Positions 8,203 through 19,200 of a stretch of 64,000 bases of DNA are shown here, in pieces. The stretch covers positions 17,925 through 81,924 of the forward strand of contig CAMOFO010000004.1 of assembly GCA_946613525.1 (NCBI GenBank), read 5' to 3'. Position 1 is the first letter of the stretch; every line of letters starts with the position of its first letter. A model generated the notes under the pieces. That model was not told the DNA's origin. It worked only from the letters and a program-made list of their open reading frames with translations, and searched no databases. Made by a program: the position numbers and the translations under genes. The DNA comes from an uncultured bacterium (lineage in GTDB: Bacteria > Bacteroidota > Bacteroidia > Bacteroidales > Bacteroidaceae).

Positions 8203-9566
8203 CGGTTTTTCACCGTTTTCAGTTGTTCGAGCACGCTCTCGCGACCCGTTCCGCCCTTGGAAATGCGTTTGTTCACGCAGGTTTCGAGGGCGATTTCGTC
8301 GTAGAGGTCGGCCTCGAACAAGGGCGAGAACGAGTGGTAGTCCTCGAGCGGAAGGCTTTCGAGGTCGGTGCCCGAATCGATGCAGAACGCCACGATTTGT
8401 CCCGTAATCTTATAGGCATTCCGGAACGGCATCCCTTTCTTCGTGAGGTAGTCGGCCAAGTCGGTGGCATTGATGAAACCCTCTTTGGCAGCGGCACGCA
8501 TCCGCTCCTTTCGCACTGTCATCGTTTCAACCATGGGCGCGAACACGCGCAGACTGGTTTTCAGCGTGTCGATGCTGTCGAAAATGCCTTCCTTGTCTTC
8601 CTGCATATCCTTGTTGTAGGCCAGCGGAAGGCCTTTCAGCGTGGTGAGAAGCGCCATCAGATGGCCATAGACGCGCCCCGTTTTTCCACGGATAAGCTCG
8701 GCCATGTCGGCGTTCTTCTTCTGCGGCATAATCGACGAACCCGTCGTGAACGAATCGCTGAGTTCCACGAAGCCAAACTCCCAGCTCGACCACAGAATCA
8801 GCTCTTCGCAGAAGCGCGAGAGGTGCATCATCGTGATGGCAAACGCTCCCATCAGTTCGAGGCAGAAATCGCGGTCGGAAACGCCGTCGATGCTGTTCAG
8901 GCAGGGCTCGCGGAAGCCCAGTTCGCGGGCCTCGAAGTCGCGGTCGGTGGGATAGGTGGTTCCGGCGAGGGCACACGAGCCAATCGGGCTGACGTTCATA
9001 CGGCGCACGGCATCGGAAATGCGGTCGGCATCGCGCATGAACATGGCGCAGTAGGCCAACAGATGCTGGGCAAACGAGATGGGCTGCGCCCGTTGCAGGT
9101 GCGTGTAGCCCGGAAGAATCGTATCTACATGGTTTTCAGCCACTTTCACGACGGCATCAATCGCCTCATTCAGCAGCTGCGCGATTTCCTCGCACGCATC
9201 GCGCAAGTAGAGGCGCAGGTCGAGGGCCACTTGGTCGTTGCGACTGCGTGCCGTGTGGAGCTTTTTTCCAACGTCGCCGATGCGGCGCGTCAGTTCGCCT
9301 TCCACAAACATGTGGATGTCTTCGCATTTGGGGTCGATTTCGAGTTTTCCACACTCGATTTCTTCCAAAATCTCACCCAACGAAGCCACGATTTCCTCAC
9401 ATTCCTCACGCGAGATAATCTGCTGACGTGCAAGCATTTGCGCGTGAACAACCGAACCCGTAATATCTTGCCGCCACATCCGCTGGTCGAAGCCTATCGA
9501 GGCGTTGAACGCATCGGCAACTTCGTTGAGCGGCTGCTTGAAGCGGCCTGTCCATAGCTTTTCCAT
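8181..9566 (-). CDS. argH: Argininosuccinate lyase
   Basis: KLWTGRF, EDIH, LHTARSRNDQ, GYTHLQRAQP, GSSIMPQKKN. Confidence 0.97.
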   Translation of the reverse strand: MEKLWTGRFKQPLNEVADAFNASIGFDQRMWRQDITGSVVHAQMLARQQIISREECEEIVASLGEILEEIECGKLEIDPKCEDIHMFVEGELTRRIGDVGKKLHTARSRNDQVALDLRLYLRDACEEIAQLLNEAIDAVVKVAENHVDTILPGYTHLQRAQPISFAQHLLAYCAMFMRDADRISDAVRRMNVSPIGSCALAGTTYPTDRDFEARELGFREPCLNSIDGVSDRDFCLELMGAFAITMMHLSRFCEELILWSSWEFGFVELSDSFTTGSSIMPQKKNADMAELIRGKTGRVYGHLMALLTTLKGLPLAYNKDMQEDKEGIFDSIDTLKTSLRVFAPMVETMTVRKERMRAAAKEGFINATDLADYLTKKGMPFRNAYKITGQIVAFCIDSGTDLESLPLEDYHSFSPLFEADLYDEIALETCVNKRISKGGTGRESVLEQLKTVKNRHSNLNS

Positions 9567-9568
9567 AA

Positions 9569-9597
9569 CTGAACTCCTGAACTCCTGTAACTCCTCA
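9569..9597. repeat. CTGAACTC octamer array forming the argG-argH spacer
   Basis: ctgaactc ctgaactc ctgtaactc ctca; includes the argG TGA. Confidence 0.85.
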
Positions 9598-10824
9598 AAT
9601 CCCGTTCCTCTGCTTCATTTTGGCATAGACCGCCGTGCTGAGGCTGTAAAGGTTGATAAATCCGTCGGCATCTTTCTGGTCGAACACCTCGTCGGCCTCG
9701 AAGGTGGCCACTTCCTCGTCGTAGAGCGAATAGGGCGAGCACACGCCAGCAGGGAAGATGTTGCCCTTGTAGAGCCTGAGCCTGACGTCGCCCGTCACGG
9801 TTTCCTGCGTCTTGTCGATGAAGGCTTGCAGCGACTCGCGCAAGGGCGTCCACCAGTAGCCGTCGTAGAGAATTTCAGCAAATTTCACGGCCACGAGCTC
9901 CTTGTAGTGCATCGTGGCGCGGTCGAGTGTGATGGTTTCGAGCACCTGATGCGCCTTGTAGAGGATGGCGGCACCCGGATTTTCGTAGAGCCCGCGGCTC
10001 TTCATGCCCACGAGGCGGTTCTCCACCAGGTCGTCGAGGCCGATGCCGTTGGCACCGCCCAGCTCGTTGAGGCGTTTCAGAAGCGGCTTGGCACTCATTT
10101 TCTCGCCGTCGATGGCCGTGGCCACGCCTTTCTCGAAGTGGATGGTCAGGTAGGTCGGTTCGTCGGGCGCGTTCCACGGGGCCACACACATCTCCAGAAA
10201 GCCCTCCTTGTCGTATTGCGGCTCGTTCATCGGGTCTTCGAGGTCGAGTCCTTCGTGGCTCAGGTGCCAGATATTCTTGTCTTTCGAATAGTTCGTTTCG
10301 CGGCTGATTTTCAGCGGCACGTTGTGCGCCTCGGCATAGTCGATTTCCTCGTCGCGGCTCTTGATATTCCACTCGCGCCACGGCGCAATCACGCGCATAT
10401 CGGGCGCAAATGCCTTGATGGCCATTTCGAAGCGAACTTGGTCGTTGCCCTTGCCCGTGCAGCCGTGGCAGATGGCGTCGGCGTTCTCCTTGCGGGCGAT
10501 TTCCACCAGTCGTCGAGCGATGATGGGTCGGGCGATGGCCGTACCAAGCAGGTATTGCCCTTCGTACTTCGCACCGGCCTTCACGGCCTCAAAACCCACC
10601 TCTGTCAGGAATTCCTCCGTCAGATCCTCCACATACAGCTTCGAGGCCCCCGTCTTCAGGGCCTTCGCCTCGAGTCCTTCGAGCTCGCTGCCCTGCCCCA
10701 CGTCGCCCGAGACAGCAACCACTTCGCAGTCGTTGTAGTTCTCCTTGAGCCAGGGGATGATGATCGACGTATCCAAGCCTCCACTGTAGGCCAAAACAAC
10801 CTTTTTCACTTTCGATTTTTCCAT
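9595..10824 (-). CDS. argG: Argininosuccinate synthase
   Basis: [39 protein letters not shown]. Confidence 0.97.
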   Translation of the reverse strand: MEKSKVKKVVLAYSGGLDTSIIIPWLKENYNDCEVVAVSGDVGQGSELEGLEAKALKTGASKLYVEDLTEEFLTEVGFEAVKAGAKYEGQYLLGTAIARPIIARRLVEIARKENADAICHGCTGKGNDQVRFEMAIKAFAPDMRVIAPWREWNIKSRDEEIDYAEAHNVPLKISRETNYSKDKNIWHLSHEGLDLEDPMNEPQYDKEGFLEMCVAPWNAPDEPTYLTIHFEKGVATAIDGEKMSAKPLLKRLNELGGANGIGLDDLVENRLVGMKSRGLYENPGAAILYKAHQVLETITLDRATMHYKELVAVKFAEILYDGYWWTPLRESLQAFIDKTQETVTGDVRLRLYKGNIFPAGVCSPYSLYDEEVATFEADEVFDQKDADGFINLYSLSTAVYAKMKQRNGI

Positions 10825-10897
10825 TTTTCTCTAAAATTTACGATTTTTCTTTATAAAAACATTTCTCTCTCGTTCCAAACTGTTATATTTTTGGCTG

Positions 10898-11029
10898 CAA
10901 AAGTACAAAATTATAATTATTTCACCATATATTTTTTGACATTTTTTCATAAACATACCATCTTCATGGTCAAATACGAAAGATTTTTTACCAATTCCAT
11001 TGGAAAATCCAGATTTTTCACTATTTTTG
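10898..11029. promoter_or_regulatory. Divergent -7 elements for argG and for the AT-rich islet
   Basis: TACTTTTG on minus (10898-10905); TATTTTTG on plus (11022-11029). Confidence 0.55.
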
Positions 11030-11033
11030 CAAC

Positions 11034-11189
11034 ATGAAACGACATGGAAAGACGCAAGACCATATTGAGGAAGAAACTTTGGAAAGTTTCGGAAATAGAG
11101 TGGAAGAATCTATGGAAGTGCCACAGGGAACTTACTCCTTTGATGGTTCAATAGGAGAATTGGGAGGTTACAGGATTTATCTAAAATAG
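11034..11189 (+). CDS. 51-aa ORF, possibly a toxin C-terminal remnant, below the ORF-track cutoff
   Basis: ATG 4 nt after TATTTTTG; MKRHGKTQDHIEEETLESFGNRVEESMEVPQGTYSFDGSIGELGGYRIYLK; stop 7 nt before the next ATG. Confidence 0.4.
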   Translation: MKRHGKTQDHIEEETLESFGNRVEESMEVPQGTYSFDGSIGELGGYRIYLK

Positions 11190-11196
11190 TATCCTT

Positions 11197-11799
11197 ATGA
11201 GATATCGTATTCTATCCATCCTATTAATGGTGACCGCCATTACGTCATGCATCCAAATATCTGGTCTGACATCGGGTTTTTCGCATTTGACGAAACAGCA
11301 GCAGGAAAGGGTTGTTGCGTACAAGGGACGAATTGCCGATATTCATGACTATTCATACGTGTATGCCGTGGCTGTAGAGCAAGTAAAGGAGTTTCTATCA
11401 ACGCACGAAAAAGTCCTTGTATATGACTTTACGCCATTTTGCACCTCGGATAATTGCATTTCTCCGGACAAACTTAAGGATTTGTGCAGCGAAAAAGGCG
11501 TGGAATTGCTCGTAATATCAAATATTTACGATGATATTTTTCAGTCATTGAGTCCGAGGTTTCCGATGTTAATCATCAATATGGATGAATATGGTACAAA
11601 ACGCAGGTCGAAGTACATAGATGCCTTTTATGTCCCATTGTTGGGAAAAAACCAAAAAGAGATTGACTATGCATTATACCATTATTTCTATAAAGGTACC
11701 TATTTGGGAAGTTTTAAAAGTATCAAGGATATAAAAGAACTCTCTGGCGCAGGGGCGAAGCTCCCTCTACCTTTGCACCTGAGAAACAAGGACAAATAA
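11197..11799 (+). CDS. Hypothetical lipoprotein, AT-rich (immunity-like)
   Basis: Lipobox ITSC after a hydrophobic stretch; AT-rich codon usage. Confidence 0.7.
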   Translation: MRYRILSILLMVTAITSCIQISGLTSGFSHLTKQQQERVVAYKGRIADIHDYSYVYAVAVEQVKEFLSTHEKVLVYDFTPFCTSDNCISPDKLKDLCSEKGVELLVISNIYDDIFQSLSPRFPMLIINMDEYGTKRRSKYIDAFYVPLLGKNQKEIDYALYHYFYKGTYLGSFKSIKDIKELSGAGAKLPLPLHLRNKDK

Positions 11800-11899
11800 G
11801 GAAAGACTTTTCCTTGTCGGATGACGATTCGGCAACCTCGTGAAAAATTCTGACGCGAAAATTTCGTCAATCCAATATAATTTGCTAAATTTGCAGCGT

Positions 11900-12193
11900 A
11901 TGACGAAATCTTTCAACTACTACCCCTACGGCGGAGGCAGACAGTCTCCCGCAACTAGACTTGAACATGAATTTGACCATGCTGTTGATTATGAAGATAA
12001 TGCCCCTATTCATAGAAGCCGTCAGAAACAAGGTGTTAAAGAATATGATAACATGGAAGAATTCAGGGTTATAACAGGAAGTGAGAAAAAAACAGCAAAA
12101 GCAAACAAGGAGTCGATACGATTTGACCATAGAGGAAAAGCGTACGACGTTATATCTCCTATATCTACAAAAGAAAAATTTAAGAATGAATAA
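11900..12193 (+). pseudogene. Collapsed Rhs toxin: core motif fused directly to an HExxH metallopeptidase-type tail
   Basis: MTKSFNYYPYGG (Rhs core YYPYG motif) then SPATRLEHEFDHAVDY; ATG 6 nt after TAAATTTG (11886-11893). Confidence 0.55.
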
Positions 12194-12764
12194 AAAATTA
12201 TTTTTCCCATCAATATTATCTTTAATAGTGTTTGTCGCACCAATGATGTGTGCGTCATTGTTTCCGTGTTCATCTACTAATATAAAAAATAAATGCGCAG
12301 AAGATACGATATTTGTATCATACTTTATCCCAGAAATTGATAATTCTGTTAGAATAACATGTAAGATGATGTCTAGTTATTCTCATAAATTAAAAACGGA
12401 AGAGATTATACATCTTGATGATGAAGAATTTAAAAAGATACAATATTTACTTGCACTGAATGCCCAGATGATGCTTGATAAAGAGTGTGACGCAAGATTA
12501 ATTATTGAAACTGATTCTTTTAAAATGTGTATTGGAAATTTTGCGGATTTATCAAAAAAAACAGAATACCCATTTGAATCTACCATATATTTTATTAAGA
12601 GTAAGTCAGGATATTATAATTGTAAAAATTCAGAAGAATTAGCAGATGATAGACATATTATGAAATTTGGCATACCTTTAGATTATGTCTATCAAGAATA
12701 TAGGCCACAAAATCAATTGCAAATAAAAATAATGCGTAAAATTGCTTTTATCAAAAATAAATGA
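12186..12764 (+). CDS. Hypothetical exported protein, probable cognate immunity protein
   Basis: ATG overlaps the toxin-remnant stop (ATGAATAA); N-terminal hydrophobic segment; very AT-rich. Confidence 0.6.
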   Translation: MNKKLFFPSILSLIVFVAPMMCASLFPCSSTNIKNKCAEDTIFVSYFIPEIDNSVRITCKMMSSYSHKLKTEEIIHLDDEEFKKIQYLLALNAQMMLDKECDARLIIETDSFKMCIGNFADLSKKTEYPFESTIYFIKSKSGYYNCKNSEELADDRHIMKFGIPLDYVYQEYRPQNQLQIKIMRKIAFIKNK

Positions 12765-12991
12765 AAATCATTGTAGTTACTCGCGGAAAACATATTTACC
12801 CCTATACTGCCAACGGCAAGGAGCTCGACCGCCACAGCGGCCTCGACTGGTACGACTACGGCGCACGGTGGTATGATGGAATACGATTCAGCACAATGGA
12901 CAGATATGCGGAGAAATACTACGACCAAACCCCTTATGGCTATTGTGCAGGAACCCCAATTAACTATATTGATGTTCCGAAATTCGGCTGA
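12761..12991 (+). pseudogene. Orphan RHS repeat-associated core fragment without a toxin domain
   Basis: PYTANGKELDRHSGLDWYDYGARWYD..RFSTMDRYAEKYY..TPYGYCAGTPINYID, truncated where DPxG would be. Confidence 0.85.
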
Positions 12992-13093
12992 TAGAACTAT
13001 GTTTTTTTGAAAACACTTACGTCTTTTTGGAGTTTTTAGGAAGAACGCATAAAGATTTAGAAGGTTTTTTTCGCGTTTTTAAAATAGTTTTTG

Positions 13094-13131
13094 TAACTTT
13101 GTAGCCGATTTGTGTAAAAATAGGATAACTA
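13094..13131 (+). promoter_or_regulatory. Promoter/leader motif shared with the next T9SS cargo genes
   Basis: TAACTTTGTAGCC...AAAAATAGGATAACTA; compare about 16220-16258 and TAACTTTGCAGCGGATAACT near 21688. Confidence 0.65.
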
Positions 13132-13159
13132 TATTCAGACTAAAAACGAAGGTACAACG

Positions 13160-16100
13160 ATGAAAAGAATGATGATTTTAACCTACGCCATGCTGTTTGC
13201 CGTGGTGGTACAAGTTCAGCAGGCGGTGGCTTTGCCGCAGTTCAGCTCGGAAAAATGCTACAAGTTGATGCACGTGAGTACGGGCAGCTTCCTGCTCCTG
13301 CACGACAGTTACAACGAAACCAACGCCGTGAACGCCACGACGCTCGACGACCAGGGCTCGCTGTTCACCGTCACCCAAAGCGGCAGCGGCTACGTGTTTA
13401 CAAAGCGCGGCACCGACAAGACGCTGGGCATTTCCACGCAATTTCCGAAATGGAACACGTCGAACACGGGCGCAACTGCCTGGAAACTCACCGATGCCGG
13501 CGGCGACAACGTCTATATCACGTCGGAGAAGGGCTACCTCGCCCCCGAAGACGGCACCACGGGCAGCGGCGAGTATGTCTATACCAACAAGACGAAGGGC
13601 GACAACGCGAAATGGCAAATCGTGGATGGCACCGGCGACCTGCCCAACTACGTCGGCAGCATCACCAGCCGCAAATACTACCGCCTCATCAGCAATGCCT
13701 ACGACGGGAAAACGATGGCCGCCAACGCCAACGGCGGAATCAACCTCGCCACTGCGCCCAACCTGAACAAAAACGACTATGCCTACTACGCCCAAATCTG
13801 GCAGATTTCGGGAAACAACGGACGATACCAGTTCAAGAATCTGGCCTCGGGCAAGTCGATTGTAGGCTGGCCCGGACAGAGCCAACAGTGGAAAGTGGGC
13901 GCCAACGCCGCCAATTTCTACTCCGGCACGTCGAAGTCGGGCGAAAACACGGTGTTTTGGTTCGCCACCGTAAACAACCAGAACGAACACAAGTCGCTGC
14001 ATGCCGCCGGCGCTGCCGACCAGAACAACACGGTTGTGGGCTGGCAGGCCAGCTCAGCCGCCTCGAAGTGGCTGCTGTGGGAAGTGGAAGTGACGGACGA
14101 GGACCTAGCCAACGCCGAAGACTGGCAGAAGGCGTTCAACAGCAACGTAGGAAGTGAATACATCAAATTCTTTACAGACAACGCCTGCTCGCAGCTCAAG
14201 AGCGAATATGCCTCGATGAGCGACGACGAACTGCGCGAGGCGATGAACAACGTGCCGTCGATGATGCGCGAGGAGGCCGTGCGCGTGAAAAACGACCGAT
14301 GGGGAGCCAACGCCACTTGGAGCCGCTACGAAAAGGACTTCCGCATCCACGACTACGAAGTCTATTCCGCACCCGGCGTGTGGGGCAGCAAGCTCGGATT
14401 TGGCGATTTCGGACGACTCACGCAGCCCACCGGCATCAGGGCGAAAGCCGGAGAACTGGTCTATCTGTTCGTGAACGAAGCCGTCAAGACCGACGGCAAG
14501 CTCTGGGTGGAAATGCCCGTCGGCACGAAGAAGGAAGGCCCGCAGACAGAGCTACGCAAGGGCTGCAACATCCTCGTGCCCAGCGAAGATTGCGAGCTGT
14601 TCATCACCTATCAGAACACGAACACCGAAAAGCCGCTCTCGGCCTTCCCCGACATCAAAATCCACATCATCGGCGGAACCTGCAACGGCGCGTTCGACAT
14701 CGTTCGCGGCCACACCGACAAAGACTGGCAGTGGCTCAAGCAAAATATGTTCAAGGACAAATACCTCCACATCAGGACGAAATGCTACGTCTATTGCGGC
14801 CACCTCAACAGTCTGAAGTCGATGTCCGCACCCGTGAGGAGCATGCAAATGCAGGATTTCACCTTCGAAGCACAGGAAAGAACCATGACCACGCGCTTCC
14901 ACGACGGCTATTATCGTCCCACCGTGACCATCATCGACGCAAATGCCGCCATCAACCCCAACGCCGCCTATGGACGCGTGGAATGGGGCTATCTCGATGG
15001 CTACTACGTGTTCAACGAGGATATGCTGAAAAACGGCGGATGGTACACCAGCTGGGCCATGCCGCACGAACTGGGCCACCTCCACCAGAAGCCTCTGTGG
15101 CTGGCTGGCACTCGCGAAGGAAGCAACGAAGCCCTGGTGCAGATTTACACCCATTTGTGGGGAAAGAAAACGGCGAAAGGCCCTCAAAGTATTTTGGCGA
15201 ACCACTTCAACAAGGAAGGTGGAACGGGATGGATTGACATCCTGAAGTCCGACAAAGACATACAGTCGTTGTGTCAGAAAATTTGGTATCAGCTGTGGCT
15301 GTATTTCCATCAGAAGGGCGACGACGAATTCTTCCCGCGCTGGATTGAGTGCATCAAGAACAGAGGACTTTTCCAGAGCCGTTTCACCAGCTGGGAGAAT
15401 CCCGCCCTCATCGACAAGGACTATATGCGCATGGCACTGGCCGCCTGCGAAGCCTCGCAGACCGACCTCTACGAGTTTTTCAAGGTGTGGGGCTTCTTCA
15501 ACTACGCCGAAAACATGAACGATTGCAATGAAAACGGAGTCGTGCGCATCGCCGACTACGAAAACTACTACCTGAAAGTGCCGCGCAAGTCTGTGCCGGC
15601 GGAAGTGGCACAGATGGAAGCGTGGAAGAGGGAAATGCAGCGCTACCAGAAGAAGGCTCCGGGCGTGATGTTCATCAACAGCACGGCCGAGCAGGGAAAA
15701 ATCACAGCCGACGCCGAGGTGGCCAAATACTTCCCCTCGCTCGTGGGAACGAACGTAGAGAACTACGGGGCTGCCGACGACATGGGCTGCACGGGCTACT
15801 ACACCCGCTACGGCAAGAACGAGGCGAAAAATCTGGGCTTCAAGCTCAGCGGAACCACCGTCACCATCACGGGAAGCGGTGCCGTGGGCTTCAAGGTTTA
15901 CGACGACAAGGGCGAACTCATCAGAATCAGCTTCAAGAAGCAGTTCAGCGTGCCGAAAAACGTAGCCACTGGCATCACCAACGGCACCTATTCGCTCGTG
16001 GCCTCGCTCGGCGATGACACCGACCTGCTGCTCTCGGGTCCGCCCACGGAATATTCTACGGACACCAACGGCATCGAAGCGATTGACAACGGACAGCCGA

Positions 16101-16201
16101 CCACTGACAGCTATTACACCATCGACGGTGTGAAACTCCACGGCAAGCCCGCCGCAAAGGGAATTTACATCGTTGGAGGCAGGAAGGTCGTGATTCGGTA
16201 A
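13160..16201 (+). CDS. T9SS-secreted M60-like zinc metallopeptidase with N-terminal beta-trefoil-like modules
   Basis: Signal peptide; TQPTGI; HELGH followed by E in GTREGSN; C-terminal YYTIDGVKL..KP..KGIYIVGGRKVVIR. Confidence 0.8.
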   Translation: MKRMMILTYAMLFAVVVQVQQAVALPQFSSEKCYKLMHVSTGSFLLLHDSYNETNAVNATTLDDQGSLFTVTQSGSGYVFTKRGTDKTLGISTQFPKWNTSNTGATAWKLTDAGGDNVYITSEKGYLAPEDGTTGSGEYVYTNKTKGDNAKWQIVDGTGDLPNYVGSITSRKYYRLISNAYDGKTMAANANGGINLATAPNLNKNDYAYYAQIWQISGNNGRYQFKNLASGKSIVGWPGQSQQWKVGANAANFYSGTSKSGENTVFWFATVNNQNEHKSLHAAGAADQNNTVVGWQASSAASKWLLWEVEVTDEDLANAEDWQKAFNSNVGSEYIKFFTDNACSQLKSEYASMSDDELREAMNNVPSMMREEAVRVKNDRWGANATWSRYEKDFRIHDYEVYSAPGVWGSKLGFGDFGRLTQPTGIRAKAGELVYLFVNEAVKTDGKLWVEMPVGTKKEGPQTELRKGCNILVPSEDCELFITYQNTNTEKPLSAFPDIKIHIIGGTCNGAFDIVRGHTDKDWQWLKQNMFKDKYLHIRTKCYVYCGHLNSLKSMSAPVRSMQMQDFTFEAQERTMTTRFHDGYYRPTVTIIDANAAINPNAAYGRVEWGYLDGYYVFNEDMLKNGGWYTSWAMPHELGHLHQKPLWLAGTREGSNEALVQIYTHLWGKKTAKGPQSILANHFNKEGGTGWIDILKSDKDIQSLCQKIWYQLWLYFHQKGDDEFFPRWIECIKNRGLFQSRFTSWENPALIDKDYMRMALAACEASQTDLYEFFKVWGFFNYAENMNDCNENGVVRIADYENYYLKVPRKSVPAEVAQMEAWKREMQRYQKKAPGVMFINSTAEQGKITADAEVAKYFPSLVGTNVENYGAADDMGCTGYYTRYGKNEAKNLGFKLSGTTVTITGSGAVGFKVYDDKGELIRISFKKQFSVPKNVATGITNGTYSLVASLGDDTDLLLSGPPTEYSTDTNGIEAIDNGQPTTDSYYTIDGVKLHGKPAAKGIYIVGGRKVVIR

Positions 16202-16275
16202 AAAAAGAAATAGTCTTTGTAACTTTGTGGCCAAATTATTGAAAAAATAGGATAACTAAAAAAGGATAGACAACG

Positions 16276-19200
16276 ATGAAAAGAACGATGATTTTTGCCT
16301 GTGCCATGCTGTTTGCAGTGGCTTCAAAGGCGCAGTGGGACTTGGAAGGCCTCGCGGTGGACAAGTCGAAATGGATTGACTTCGCTCCGGCGTGGAATCC
16401 CGACCCTTATATCATGACACCCGGTGCCGGAAGCGCCGGAAGCGTGCAGCAGAATGCGGGCATGAGCAAGGGGAAAGGGCCTCGCATGGCACCGCAAAAA
16501 GCGGATGCAGTGGAATTGCCCGACCATTGGGACAATGGAGAGACGAAATACTTCCCGCCCGTGTTCAGTCAGGCTGGCGGCTCGTGCGGCGTTTCGTCGC
16601 GTGCCGGCTACATGCTCTGCGAGGAGCTGAACGCCTATCGCGGAACCGATGCCTCGCATCCCGACAACCGCTTGGCACCCAACGTGCAGCATCCCTTCGA
16701 CAACACCGGCCCGAACAAAAACACGATGGCCTATCAGATTGGATTCCCGAGCGTATCGACCTACGGCGGCTTCCCCTACAGCAACCTGATTGGCTTCTAC
16801 GGTCCGGAGTCCGACGCGGCAGGCTGGATGCAGGGCTACAACAAGTGGTACAAGACGATGCACAACCGCATTTGGGGCTCGTCGAGCATTCCCACGCCCG
16901 TCATTGGCTATCCCGAGGACAACCCCGACGACTGGGGACTGGGCGGATTCGGCCCGGGAGCGCTGGCCGCCAAGCGTTGGCTCTACAACCACAATGGCGA
17001 CGAGAGCTTCCAAACGGGCGGACTGCTGGGCCTTGGCGTGTCGTCGGGCTATAATCTCATCAAGATTCCCGCCACGACGGAGAACCGGAAAAACGGTCTG
17101 GCGAACATGGTTTACTGGGTGCCCGGTACTTCGGTTGACCACGCCATGACCATGTGCGGCTACGACGACCGCGTGGAGTTCGACATCGACGGCAATGGAA
17201 AGGTTGGCGAGCGCAAGAACAGCGACGGCTACGACGAGCGCGGCGCGTGGATAGTCGTCAATTCATGGGGCAACTGGGGCAACAACGGCTTCGTTTATGT
17301 TCCCTACGCCCTCGCAGCGCCCACTTGCAAGAAAAATGCAAGCGGAAAGGGCTATCTGCCCGTCGGCAACGGCTTTACGCCCGAGATGTGGCACATTCGC
17401 AAGGACTACACGCCTGCCCGCACCATCAAACTGAAAATCAGCTTCACCCAGCGCAGCGCCATCAGCCTGAAGGCAGGCATTTCCACGAATCTGAAGGCTT
17501 CTTCGCCGCAAAAGACCCTGACATTTGAGCATTTCAACTACAAAGGCGACGGCAACAACGACGGCAAGGACGCCATGACCCCGCTATTGGGCAAATGGGC
17601 CGACGGCATGCACTACGAACCGATGGAATTCGGATTCGACCTCAGCGACCTCATGGCCGACTTCGACCCCACGCAGCCGCTCAAGTTCTTCTTCATCGTC
17701 GAAAGTAAATCCACGGCGACGGGTGTCGGCGGCATCCACGAGGCTTCCATCATCGACTACACCTACAATCCGAACGGCATCGAAACGCCCTTCGTCATCG
17801 CGGGCGACAGCGTGATCATCGGCAACAAGGGCAAGCGAACCTCGATTTCCACGATTGTCTATGGCGAGGCCATCAATCCGCCGACGAACCTGAAAATTTC
17901 GGGTACGACCCTTTCGTGGGAGGCACCGCAGACTTCCTTCACCCCGACGGGCTACATCATTTATAAAAACGGCACGGAAATCGCCCAGACCGAGGGCAGC
18001 GTGAAGAGCTACAACGTCGGAACGGGCGAGGGAACCTACACCGTCAAGGCCATCTACGAACTCAACGGGCAGCGAAAGTTGTCGGCTTCGTCGGCCTCCG
18101 TCGAGGGCAATTATGCCTTCTCGAAGCGCTACATCACCAAAGTCGGGTCGCCCATCAGCAAACTCGCCGAACTGACAGACGGCATGACCGTGATTCTCTA
18201 CAACACGGGTCGCGCGAAATACATCTGCGATGCCGGCACCACGAACTACCAGCACAGGGCTGCCGCCCCGAAGAAAGGCCAGCCCAACAGCAGCGAATAC
18301 ATCTTCACGGTGCACAAAGTGGGCAACACCTTCACGTTTACCTCGGAAAACGGCAGTTTGCCGGCGTTCGAGGCGAACAACGTGGGCATTCCCGTGAGCG
18401 ACACGCCCGGACAGTTCACTGTGACGTTAGCCAGTTCGAGCGAAAAGACCTTCTTGCTGAAGAACGGGTCGTGGTATTTGAATGGCAACGAGAACGCGCC
18501 TGTCACGTGGAATGCTGGCGACAACAATTCGAAGCACAGAATCACGCCCGTCGAGTGCGACCCCGAGATTCAGGGGCTCGAAGACTATACGACGGTGACT
18601 GCAGAAAACCTGATGGAAGGCCAGATTGTGGCCCTGTATAACAACGGTCGCGGCTACTTCATCACCGACGAAAACGACAGCTATGGCATTTCAAAGACCG
18701 AACCCACAGGACAGTCGTACAACTACCTGTTCCGCGTAGGAAAAAATGCCGACGGAACTTTCACGTTCACTTCGCAGAGCGGTGCCATTCCCGCGCTTCC
18801 CCACAATGCGACATTCGCCCCGGGAAACACGGCTGAAAACTTCACGCTGACATCTGCCGGAACGGGTCTGTTCCACTTGCAAGGCGCCACTGCGGTGGCC
18901 TCTGCCGGCGGTCAGCAAGAGCGCCAATACCTGAACGGCAGCGAAACGGCACCCATTGGCTGGAACAGCACAGACGCGAACTCGGTCTATCGCCTCTATC
19001 CCGTGAAGACCTCCACCACGGAACCGAGCATCACCATCGCGGCCTCGACGCCGATTCAGGTCTTTACGCCCGTTCAGCTCAGTCTGAACGGCGATGCCGA
19101 CATCGCTTCGTGCGTGTGGACGGTGGAGGACAAGACCTATACGAGCACTTCGCCCACCGTCGTCTTCACGACTGCGGGCAGCAAGGTTGTCGAGTGTACT

